DNA of 13,163 bases from Chthonomonadales bacterium (lineage in GTDB: Bacteria > Armatimonadota > Chthonomonadetes > Chthonomonadales > Chthonomonadaceae): contig JBBQPO010000173.1 in NCBI GenBank assembly GCA_038217285.1, positions 1 to 13,163 of the forward strand, given 5' to 3'. Both the position numbers and the translations under genes were made by a program. A model generated the notes under the pieces. The model had not been told where the DNA came from, ran no database searches, and was given only the letters and a program-made list of their open reading frames with translations. This document shows, one piece after another, positions 1-7,493 of this stretch. The first letter of the stretch is position 1; the number at the start of each line of letters is the position of its first letter.

Positions 1-154
1 CGCATATCCATTCTTCTGGATGGTACTGCCGGGTTCATTTGGTAGGGTTAGAAACACAGTCGTTTTTCCTTCTCCGCCCTGATGATTCTACATACTTTCT
101 CGTATGGGAATTTGTCCCTACCTATTGTGGCACACAGGGGAGTACGTAAATCGC

Positions 155-400
155 TTATTGTACAGATATGTTACTATGCGCTATCTCTTCTAAGTCGAAC
201 TGGGCGTATATTCTCAGGATATTGCTCCAAAGCTTGATTGAGCGTCTGCTGTTAGTGAAGGGGAAAGTTACTGATCCACTGGGCTGGTCGCCATAAGCCC
301 CCACAGTCAGATCGAATACAGACACTCTGTTCGTCAGGGGGTATAGCTTCTCCTGCCCAAATTTTAGCGGCAACGTGGACGCGACATGGTTGGGTACCAT
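155..400 (-). CDS. Possible small hypothetical protein (81 aa) or remnant in low-GC segment
   Basis: ATG lies 3 nt after the queG stop, same orientation. No recognisable motif; codon usage unlike neighbouring genes. Confidence 0.3.
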   Translation of the reverse strand: MVPNHVASTLPLKFGQEKLYPLTNRVSVFDLTVGAYGDQPSGSVTFPFTNSRRSIKLWSNILRIYAQFDLEEIAHSNISVQ

Positions 401-403
401 GAG

Positions 404-1474
404 TTAAGTGGAGCCAGATTTCCGCCTCCGAATCGCTTCTAACGACTGTGCCGCAGCTTCTCTCACCCGTGGCTCAGGGTCGTTTAGCGCGTGTTCCAGG
501 GCGGCTACAGTTTTCTCGTCATCCCGCATACAGAGCGCTGTTGCTGCGTTCCGTAGGAGTCCTCGCCGCTTCGCGCGCTTGACAGGGCTGCCTTTGAACT
601 TCTCGCGGAACTCTTCTTCCGTCAAGTAGAGAAGATCGGAGACTGTGCTGTTGACGGTAATATCGCGGGGTTGGAAGGCAGGATCGTCGGTGGGAAGGGC
701 GCGGTGCTGATTGAAGGGGCAGACCTCCTGGCAGATGTCGCAGCCGAAGATGCGGTTGCCGGAGGCGGCGAGGGCGGGCTGGAACTCTATCGGGATGTCG
801 CCTTTGATCTCGATGGTGAGGTAGGAGAGGCAGCGGCGCGAGTCGACTTTGTAGGGTTCGAAGATGGCGTTGGTGGGGCAGGCGTCCAGGCAGCGTGTGC
901 AGGTGCCGCAGCCACCGAGGGCGGGAGATTCGAACTCCAGCGCGACATTTGTCACGATCTCGCCGAGGAAGAAGTAGGAGCCGCGGCGCGTGTTGATCAG
1001 CAGGGTGTTTTTGCCGAACCAGCCGAGGCCGGCGCGCTGGGCGACCTCGCGCTCCAGCACGGGGCCGGCATCGACGTAGACCCTGCCCTCCGCGCCTGGC
1101 CCGGCCTGCGCCTGCAAAAACCGGAGAAGTTCGCGCAGGCGCGCCGTCATGACGTCGTGGTAGTCGTCGCCACGGGCATAGCGGGCGAAGATGGCGCGAT
1201 CCGGATCCGGGGGCGGTGTTCCCGGCCCCTCCTCCGCATCGGCGTAGTAGTTCAGCCCAACCACGATGATCGAGCGCGCGTCCGGCAGCAGTTCACGCGG
1301 GTCCAGGCGACGATGCAAGTTACGGGCGAGATACTCCATCTCACCGGCGTAGCCCTGCGCGATCCAGTCCCGATACTCCTCCGCGAAAGCGGAAGGCTCC
1401 GCCCCGGTCACGCCGACCAGATCGAAGCCTAACTCTCCTGCCCGCGCCTTGACGGCGGCTGTCAGATCGCCCAT
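404..1474 (-). CDS. queG: Epoxyqueuosine reductase (cobalamin, 2x[4Fe-4S]) with C-terminal HEAT-like helix pair
   Basis: GFDLVGV start, GYAGEMEYL, YARGDDYH, VDAGPVLEREVAQRAGLGWFGKN, GSYFFLGEI, CGTCTRCLDACP, CLSY, GCDICQEVCP, RRGLLRNAA, ALNDPEPRVREAAAQSL. Confidence 0.96.
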   Translation of the reverse strand: MGDLTAAVKARAGELGFDLVGVTGAEPSAFAEEYRDWIAQGYAGEMEYLARNLHRRLDPRELLPDARSIIVVGLNYYADAEEGPGTPPPDPDRAIFARYARGDDYHDVMTARLRELLRFLQAQAGPGAEGRVYVDAGPVLEREVAQRAGLGWFGKNTLLINTRRGSYFFLGEIVTNVALEFESPALGGCGTCTRCLDACPTNAIFEPYKVDSRRCLSYLTIEIKGDIPIEFQPALAASGNRIFGCDICQEVCPFNQHRALPTDDPAFQPRDITVNSTVSDLLYLTEEEFREKFKGSPVKRAKRRGLLRNAATALCMRDDEKTVAALEHALNDPEPRVREAAAQSLEAIRRRKSGST

Positions 1475-1485
1475 GAGCAGTCGCG

Positions 1486-2178
1486 CTACCCTATCGCGTC
1501 GAGGGCTTCCTTCAGAGGAAGCTGGACGCAGGTGAAGATGGGAGTGTCGCGCAGGGTGTACTTACTGGAGACGGTCTCGCGCAGCGCCTTGACCAGATCG
1601 AGGAAGTCGGCGGCGATATCGGTCTCGAACGCCACCACGAACTCCTGATCGTCGATGCCGAACGAGTAGGTCGTGTTCAGCTTGATCGAGGGGAACTTGT
1701 GACCGACATCGATGTGGCCGTGCATGATCTTCTGGCGCTCTTCCAGCGGCAGCAAGTACCATTCGCGGGTCTTGACGAAGGGATAGACGAACAGATACTT
1801 GCGGCCGGTGGGCCGCAGGATGAGACGGCGGCCTTCCGGCGCGTTTTTCTCGTGCGGGTCGGTGTAGTCGGACTGCTTGGTCATGGCGAGGTAGCAGTAG
1901 GGCTGCGTGGCCCAGCGGCCCATGCCGGAATTGAGCAACCGCGCGCCGTTCTGCCGAATGATGTCGAGGTCCGGGGAGGCGCTCCAGAGCAGCAGGTCCA
2001 CATCGCCGCGAATGCCGACGGTCGAGTAGCATTTCACCATCGCGGCATCCGCCGCCTCTTCTATGGCTTCGGCGAACTCCGCCTTGTCCTGCTCACGGAC
2101 CTCCTTGGGCAGCCGCCGCCAGGCCGCATCGAACTTATAGAAGCCAAACTGCACCATCGTGCGCCCACGATTCTCCAT
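1486..2178 (-). CDS. Chlorite dismutase-family heme protein, most likely coproheme decarboxylase (ChdC/HemQ)-type
   Basis: YSTVGIRGDVDLLLW, YPFVKTREWYLLPLEERQKIMHGH (proximal His), SFGIDDQEFVVAFET, LRETVSSKYTLRDTPIF. GGAG RBS 6 nt before ATG. Confidence 0.9.
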   Translation of the reverse strand: MENRGRTMVQFGFYKFDAAWRRLPKEVREQDKAEFAEAIEEAADAAMVKCYSTVGIRGDVDLLLWSASPDLDIIRQNGARLLNSGMGRWATQPYCYLAMTKQSDYTDPHEKNAPEGRRLILRPTGRKYLFVYPFVKTREWYLLPLEERQKIMHGHIDVGHKFPSIKLNTTYSFGIDDQEFVVAFETDIAADFLDLVKALRETVSSKYTLRDTPIFTCVQLPLKEALDAIG

Positions 2179-2209
2179 ATTGATCTCCAGCGATTCGGTT
2201 TGATTTATT

Positions 2210-3271
2210 TTACGGTAAAACGACGACCGCTTTCACTGCGCCGTCGTGAGCCGTGATACGCGCTGCCTGCTTCCCTTGATCCAGGCTCCAGTAGCGCAGG
2301 GTCTTGTCCGCCCCACCGCTGACGACGAACTTACCGTTCGAGGACCAGGCCAGACAGGTGACCGCCCGGTCGTGGCTGCCCAGCGTCGAGATCGGCGCGC
2401 CGGACGCGGCGTTCCAAAGGCGCACCCGTCCGTCCTCATCACCGGTCGCCAGCGTTTTGCCATCCGGCGAGAAGGCTACCGCCGCCGCGCCATGATCGCA
2501 CACCTTGACACGATTGATGAGTCCGCCGCCGTTGCGCTGCCAGGTCTTGAGGTAACCGTCCGCCGAGATCGTCGCTATCGTCTTGTCGTCCGGGGATACG
2601 ACTAGATCGTTGACCGCTTCGTCATGGGCGCTGATGTTCGACTGGTAGTCGAGCGAAGGCTTGCTGCCCGTGACGACCTTCCAGAAGCGCATCTGCCGGT
2701 CGGCGCTCGCGCTGAAAAGGGTCGCGCCATCCGAGGTGAAATGCAGCGCGCGAACGCCGTCGTTGTGCGCGTCGGCCTCCGCAAGCTTTTTTCCGGTCGA
2801 ACGGTTCCACAAACTGATCTTGCCGCCGGTCGTCCCTATCGCCAGGAACTTGCCGTCGGGAGTGGCCGCGACCGAGAGCGCCCCGCCCTTGACCGCATCG
2901 ATCCCGAGGGTCATCCGTCCGTCAGTCAGGCTCCAGATTTTGCAGGCGCCTTCCGCCCCAACCGAGATCAGGGTGTCGGAGCCGATCAGCAGCAGAGCAT
3001 TCACGGCATCGTCATGGGAGCCGATGGTGGCCTCCAGTTTGCCGGTCGCGTCCCACTTTTTAATATCGTGATCCGCTCCCGCCGAAATAACGACAGGCAG
3101 GGTCTCCGCCCGAGGCTCACGGGCCTGTGCAGACGGAGAGGTCAGCAGAGAAGAGGCAAACCCTATCAGGGCGAGAGCGTACCAGGCGGTCAACCGCGCG
3201 GCAGGCGCGCGTCGGCCCAGAGGTTCTCGTCTATTTCCATTCGATGCGAGGATGCGATACAAGGTCGTCAC
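2210..3271 (-). CDS. Exported WD40-repeat beta-propeller protein (7 blades)
   Basis: Seven repeats ending W-D/S/N/K/Q with (A/S)H..V starts (e.g. SHDRAVTCLAWSSNGKFVVSGGADKTLRYWS). Start moved from 3385 to GTG 3271 because of a GGAGG RBS 5 nt upstream. N-terminus is basic, then hydrophobic, then AQA. Confidence 0.9.
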   Translation of the reverse strand: MTTLYRILASNGNRREPLGRRAPAARLTAWYALALIGFASSLLTSPSAQAREPRAETLPVVISAGADHDIKKWDATGKLEATIGSHDDAVNALLLIGSDTLISVGAEGACKIWSLTDGRMTLGIDAVKGGALSVAATPDGKFLAIGTTGGKISLWNRSTGKKLAEADAHNDGVRALHFTSDGATLFSASADRQMRFWKVVTGSKPSLDYQSNISAHDEAVNDLVVSPDDKTIATISADGYLKTWQRNGGGLINRVKVCDHGAAAVAFSPDGKTLATGDEDGRVRLWNAASGAPISTLGSHDRAVTCLAWSSNGKFVVSGGADKTLRYWSLDQGKQAARITAHDGAVKAVVVLP

Positions 3272-3422
3272 GAACTCCTCCCGCGAGCGAAGTGCGCAGC
3301 CCTGAAAGGGATACGCAGGAGCCGGAACCGCCTGCTCCCACTCCCTTAGACTTCCGCCGGACGACATTGTTACAGGTTGCCACAAGAAGCACTTTCAACA
3401 ACCTGTGGCACCATTCGCCCGG

Positions 3423-4439
3423 TCACGCGGTCACAGGCTCCTCAAGATAGAAGTTGTGTTCGTAGAGTCGGTTGATCTGCGCCAGCTCGTCCGGCGTGAG
3501 GGGCGGCGTATCGGAGGCGGCGGCGACCTCTTCCAGCAAGGGCTCGTCGTAGATGTTCGGGAAAACGCCGCCGATGCTCGGCTCACTCAACAGGAACTGA
3601 ATGGCGGCCTGCCCGAGTGTGCGGCCCGTACCGTCCGTCAGGAAGCGCAGTCGTTCAATTTTTTTCACGCCTTTGGTCTGCCACTCGTGCCGCATCGCTT
3701 CGTTCACCTGTCGGAAGCTGCGATGGTCACTCGCGGAGAAAACGGTATCCTCGGTGACCCGTTCCAGCAGCATATCTGACGCATGCGGGACACGGACGAG
3801 GACCGGAACGTTATGTTTGCGCGCCACAGGGCAGATCGAGGCCCCCAGCACCTGCTCCAACATATTGTAGATGATCTGCACGGCGGTATGCCGATGCGCC
3901 ACGCTGTAGATGCCCTCTTCTATCTGTCGGTCGGCTTTCAAGGCCGGTCCGAGCGCCGCGCCGTAGGAGAGGATCTTGCCTTCCGCCTTCAGGTCTTCGA
4001 GGGTGGCGAACAGGTCGTCCCGCTGCAGCGCGTCTATGCGCGGATTGTGCATCTGGTAGAGGTCGATGCGGTCGGTGCGGAGGCGGCGGAGGCTCTCCTC
4101 ACAGGCCATACGGACGAACGCGGGCGACCAGTCTTGTGGGCGTTCGCGTTGGCCGGGTTGGATGCCGGGCGAGTTGTAGAAATCGTAGCCGAACTTCGTG
4201 CCGATGGCGACCTCATCCCGACGCTCGCCCAGCGCATCCGCTAGCAGCGTCTCCCCTTTGCCGTCTCCATAGACATCGGCCGTATCATAGAACGTGATGC
4301 CCAGATCGAGGGCGCGTCGTAACAGGTGGAGGCCGACGGCGTCGTCGGTGATGCCCCACATGGTCGTCGCGACGGTCCAGACGCCGAAGCCGACCATCGA
4401 AACCTCGCGCCCGGTATCTCCCAAAATACGGTACTGCAC
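3423..4439 (-). CDS. Aldo/keto reductase family oxidoreductase
   Basis: [30 protein letters not shown] (Asp, Tyr), GTKFG (Lys), [18 protein letters not shown] (His). GTG 4439 has AAGGAG 6 nt upstream and gives the typical AKR N-terminus; ATG 4457 is the alternative. Confidence 0.93.
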   Translation of the reverse strand: MQYRILGDTGREVSMVGFGVWTVATTMWGITDDAVGLHLLRRALDLGITFYDTADVYGDGKGETLLADALGERRDEVAIGTKFGYDFYNSPGIQPGQRERPQDWSPAFVRMACEESLRRLRTDRIDLYQMHNPRIDALQRDDLFATLEDLKAEGKILSYGAALGPALKADRQIEEGIYSVAHRHTAVQIIYNMLEQVLGASICPVARKHNVPVLVRVPHASDMLLERVTEDTVFSASDHRSFRQVNEAMRHEWQTKGVKKIERLRFLTDGTGRTLGQAAIQFLLSEPSIGGVFPNIYDEPLLEEVAAASDTPPLTPDELAQINRLYEHNFYLEEPVTA

Positions 4440-4564
4440 GGTGAACTCCTTCGTCATACTGCGTGTCGGGTAGTGGGACAGAAAGCTCTCTCTTCTCTAC
4501 TACGCTCCGGCTCTCCGGCCCGATACCGTCTCCAATGAACCTTTTACACGGATTGCCCGACAAA

Positions 4565-4594
4565 ATGGTAGCTCAAACGTCCGACGGCTGTCAA
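4565..4594 (-). promoter_or_regulatory. Sigma70-like promoter for the leftward cluster
   Basis: Minus strand TTGACA (4594-4589), 18-nt spacer, TACCAT (4570-4565). Confidence 0.65.
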
Positions 4595-4610
4595 GACGCC
4601 CCCGCGTGTG

Positions 4611-4639
4611 TTGACTTTCGTTTGGGACTATGATACACT
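4611..4639 (+). promoter_or_regulatory. Sigma70-like promoter with extended -10 for the secreted protein gene
   Basis: TTGACT (4611-4616), 17-nt spacer, TGn-TACACT (-10 at 4634-4639), 37 nt upstream of ATG 4677. Confidence 0.65.
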
Positions 4640-4676
4640 GAAATGTCGCGTCGGACATGCCAGAAGGGAGTCTCCC

Positions 4677-6305
4677 ATGACCATCCAAAAAGCCTTACAA
4701 CTGAGCGTCTGCACCCTTGTCCTCGGTGGGGTAGCCAATATCGGCGCCTCCCATGCCCAGGGACAGTCTCCATTTACCATTCGCAAGCCGCTGGACGGAT
4801 CGAGCGTTCGTGAGAAAGTGCGTATCGAAATCCCGCGCGCCAGCATCGGCAGCGGCGGTTTTGTCGCCATCTACGTCGATGGCAAGTTCGCCCTCGCCCT
4901 CGCCCCGCAGGAAGCTGAAGACGGCAAACCTTTTACCTACTTCTGGGACACCAAAGCAGAAAAGGTCAGCGATGGGGAGCACTCTGTTCGCGCCGTTCTT
5001 TTTGAGCCGAGCGGCAGTACCGGCGCGACGGAAAAAGGCAGCAGCGAAGTCAAAGTCAATGTCGCCAACATCATTCACGATGGTCCCTCTTCCCTTCTGC
5101 TGCGGTACAAATATGCGGAAGGTATCAATCGCGACTATGCGCGCGAAGGCAAATCTTTTATCGTCGGCGGAGTTTCGGAAACAGGCACGACCACCAGTAA
5201 TCAGAACCTTGCCGATGTGAAAAGTAAGATCAACTACGACATTCAGGATGTTCGGTTCGATGCCGAAAAAGGCATGGATGTGGCGCTGGTGCGCAATAAA
5301 TTGACGGAACTCTCGATCCTGCAAAACGGTTCGGAGACCATCCTCGATCCTGGCCAGCTCTCCAACTCCGTCTATCAGGAACTCGCCTCCACCGGGAAAG
5401 CCTTCTTCGAGATCGGAACTGCGGCCGGTCTGGCGGAGTTCCTCGCGTTAGGACTGCCGGTCAACAACACCCTGGAACTGCCGGAACTGCCGACGGCGCG
5501 TGTGCAGATCGGGGACACCTGGGCTACCGAAAATCAGCGCCTCGACATCCCTGGACTGCCGCAAGCTCTGCAGCCCAAGGTCAAGATCGACAACAAGTTG
5601 GTGGACCTCGAGTGGCAGGACGGCTATCCTACGGCGCGCATTCACCAGTCCTATAAGAACACGCCTCCCGGCGTTAAGACCGTTCTTTTTGGCCCGGTAG
5701 AGGTCACGAATCCGGTCATCTCCTTTGATCGTGACATCTATGTCGCCTACAACTCCGGTGTGCTCGTCAAGACCATCCGCAGTCTGACAGTCGCCGGTCG
5801 CACCACGTATACGGCGGGCAGTGCAGGCCCGGCCATCGGAGGACCTGGAGGCTATTCGGGTGGTCCCAGTGGCTTTCCCGGTGGTGGCACCCCTTACGGC
5901 GGCAGCGGCGGTCCGGGAGCTATGCGCGGTAAGGGCGATGGCATGAGCGGTCCCAGTGGCTATCCTGGTGCAGGCGGTTCCAGTGGCTATCCTGGGGCTG
6001 GTGGCCCGGGCGGTTATCCCGGAGCAGGCGGTTCCAGTGGCTATCCAGGGGCTGGTGGCTCGGGCAGCTATCCCGGTGGCCGAGGCACTGGTGCCGCAGC
6101 AGCCCCTCGGACCCTGAAAGATATTCTGGGTAATGCCGGCGGCGGCGGCGGTAACGGAACCGAGCAGGCGGATCATGCGATCACCATTAAGGCGGTGACG
6201 GATACGACTCTGATTTCCAACACCGGTGGACAGACATCCACGACCAGAACAGTCTCGCTGAAAACCGTGAAGAAAACCAATAAGCCCCTTCGCCGACGTC
6301 ATTAG
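4677..6305 (+). CDS. Secreted hypothetical protein: signal peptide, Ig-like domain, beta-rich middle domain, Gly/Pro/Tyr-rich tract, basic C-terminal tail
   Basis: ATG 4677 follows GGGAG RBS (ORF-track GTG 4608 overlaps the promoter). MTIQKALQLSVCTLVLGGVANIGASHA looks like a signal peptide. FTYFWDTK..VSDGEHSVRA resembles bacterial Ig-like domains. Coding-like codon bias throughout. Confidence 0.88.
   Translation: MTIQKALQLSVCTLVLGGVANIGASHAQGQSPFTIRKPLDGSSVREKVRIEIPRASIGSGGFVAIYVDGKFALALAPQEAEDGKPFTYFWDTKAEKVSDGEHSVRAVLFEPSGSTGATEKGSSEVKVNVANIIHDGPSSLLLRYKYAEGINRDYAREGKSFIVGGVSETGTTTSNQNLADVKSKINYDIQDVRFDAEKGMDVALVRNKLTELSILQNGSETILDPGQLSNSVYQELASTGKAFFEIGTAAGLAEFLALGLPVNNTLELPELPTARVQIGDTWATENQRLDIPGLPQALQPKVKIDNKLVDLEWQDGYPTARIHQSYKNTPPGVKTVLFGPVEVTNPVISFDRDIYVAYNSGVLVKTIRSLTVAGRTTYTAGSAGPAIGGPGGYSGGPSGFPGGGTPYGGSGGPGAMRGKGDGMSGPSGYPGAGGSSGYPGAGGPGGYPGAGGSSGYPGAGGSGSYPGGRGTGAAAAPRTLKDILGNAGGGGGNGTEQADHAITIKAVTDTTLISNTGGQTSTTRTVSLKTVKKTNKPLRRRH
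5949..6083 (+). repeat. Intragenic tandem repeat, 5 x 27 bp (consensus G[SP][SG]GYPGAG)
   Basis: GPSGYPGAG GSSGYPGAG GPGGYPGAG GSSGYPGAG GSGSYPGGR. The DNA gcaggcggttccagtggctatcc occurs at 5970 and 6024 (54-bp period). Confidence 0.92.
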
Positions 6306-6347
6306 TCGGCACGGACAGGAAAACTCTCCTGTTCAGATCTTCACTCG

Positions 6348-6384
6348 GGCGGAGGGCGCAAGGTTGCGCCCTCCGCCTCTATTT
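6348..6384 (+). terminator. Probable intrinsic terminator
   Basis: Perfect 14-bp inverted repeat ggcggagggcgcaa (6348-6361) / ttgcgccctccgcc (6364-6377), followed by an imperfect T tract (tctattt), 42 nt after the stop codon. Confidence 0.75.
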
Positions 6385-6393
6385 GTGTATAAT
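6364..6393 (+). promoter_or_regulatory. Sigma70-like promoter for the tatC operon
   Basis: TTGCGC (6364-6369), 18-nt spacer, perfect TATAAT (6388-6393) in a GC-rich background. Confidence 0.6.
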
Positions 6394-6550
6394 GCAACAT
6401 CGTGCCGTCCTTTTTCGTCTGACAACATAACCCCCGGCCTCTCCTGTAACGTAGTCTCAACTCCGTTGGAGCCTGCCCGTCTGCCGGGACCGCACGAACA
6501 GACCCCACGACGACTGTTTACCGTCTTCTGGACGGACTGAGAGGTAAAGC

Positions 6551-7492
6551 ATGGCAGCCCCGCGCATTGAAGCTAGTGCCGACGATAAGCGGATGGAGCT
6601 GACCGAACATCTCGGCGAACTCCGAACCCATATTATTCGCTCGATGTGGTATCTGGTCATCGGCGCCGTTGTCGCCTACAACCTCTTTGCACCGCTCTAC
6701 GGCTCGATGTATCGTCCCCTGGAACGCGAGATGATGAAGCGTGACATGGAAATGGCGAAGAAAACGGTCCAACATGGCCAGCTCATGTCCGCCAACGGCC
6801 GCGATATTCTGCTACTACCCAAAGCGCTGCACGACCCGCCCACACGCGAAGAGTTCTCCCAGTTGATCGATGCGGTCGAATGGATTCATGAGCATCCGGG
6901 GACCGCGCAGTATACGTCCATCGTCTTCCGCAACTTCTATGAGCCGTTCACCGTGAAAGTGACCATCGGGGTCATTTTCGGCCTCATTATGACGTCGCCG
7001 CTGGTGGTTCGGGAGTTCGCACTGTTCCTCATGCCTGCCCTGACTCCTGCCGAACGCAAGCCTCTCCGTGTGCTGGTACCGCTCTCCATCGTCCTGCTGC
7101 TGTGCGGAGTCGCAGTCGCCTATGCGACGATGTTCTATGCGATGGGCTGGTTCCTCTCCTATCTCGGCGACTTCCCGAAGGGCGCGGTCCTGATGCAGGA
7201 CCCGAACGACTACATTATGTTCTTCGTGAAGATGATGGCGGCATTCGGCATCGCCTTTCAACTGCCGGTCGTGTTGATGGGAGGCGCTTTTCTGGGTCTC
7301 ATCACCTCGAAGGGGCTTATCAAGAACTGGCGTTGGGGCGTCATCATCGCATTCCTCGGCGGACTGTTCACTCCGGCCAACGACCCGATGTCCTGGGCCT
7401 TGATGTGCGGGCCGCTGCTGCTGCTCTATTTCGGCAGCATTCTGCTCGTCAAGATGGTCGAGAAGAGCCGCGCCAAACCGCAGTCCGTCTGA
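6551..7492 (+). CDS. tatC: Twin-arginine translocase subunit TatC
   Basis: MELTEHLGELR, EPF, FLMPALTPAERK, FGIAFQLP, LGLI, WR, FTPANDPMS, PLLLLYFGSI; six hydrophobic segments; GAGGT RBS. Confidence 0.95.
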   Translation: MAAPRIEASADDKRMELTEHLGELRTHIIRSMWYLVIGAVVAYNLFAPLYGSMYRPLEREMMKRDMEMAKKTVQHGQLMSANGRDILLLPKALHDPPTREEFSQLIDAVEWIHEHPGTAQYTSIVFRNFYEPFTVKVTIGVIFGLIMTSPLVVREFALFLMPALTPAERKPLRVLVPLSIVLLLCGVAVAYATMFYAMGWFLSYLGDFPKGAVLMQDPNDYIMFFVKMMAAFGIAFQLPVVLMGGAFLGLITSKGLIKNWRWGVIIAFLGGLFTPANDPMSWALMCGPLLLLYFGSILLVKMVEKSRAKPQSV

Positions 7493-7493
7493 T

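Noticed and set aside
58..87. Minus-strand peptide NHQGGEGKTT resembling a ParA deviant Walker A
   Set aside because: Immediately preceded by an in-frame TAG, lacks the signature Lys, and flanks are not ParA-like; probably chance.
5949..6083. 27-bp repeats as a CRISPR array or collagen-like domain
   Set aside because: Contiguous in-frame coding repeats without spacers; Gly is not in a strict Gly-X-Y register.
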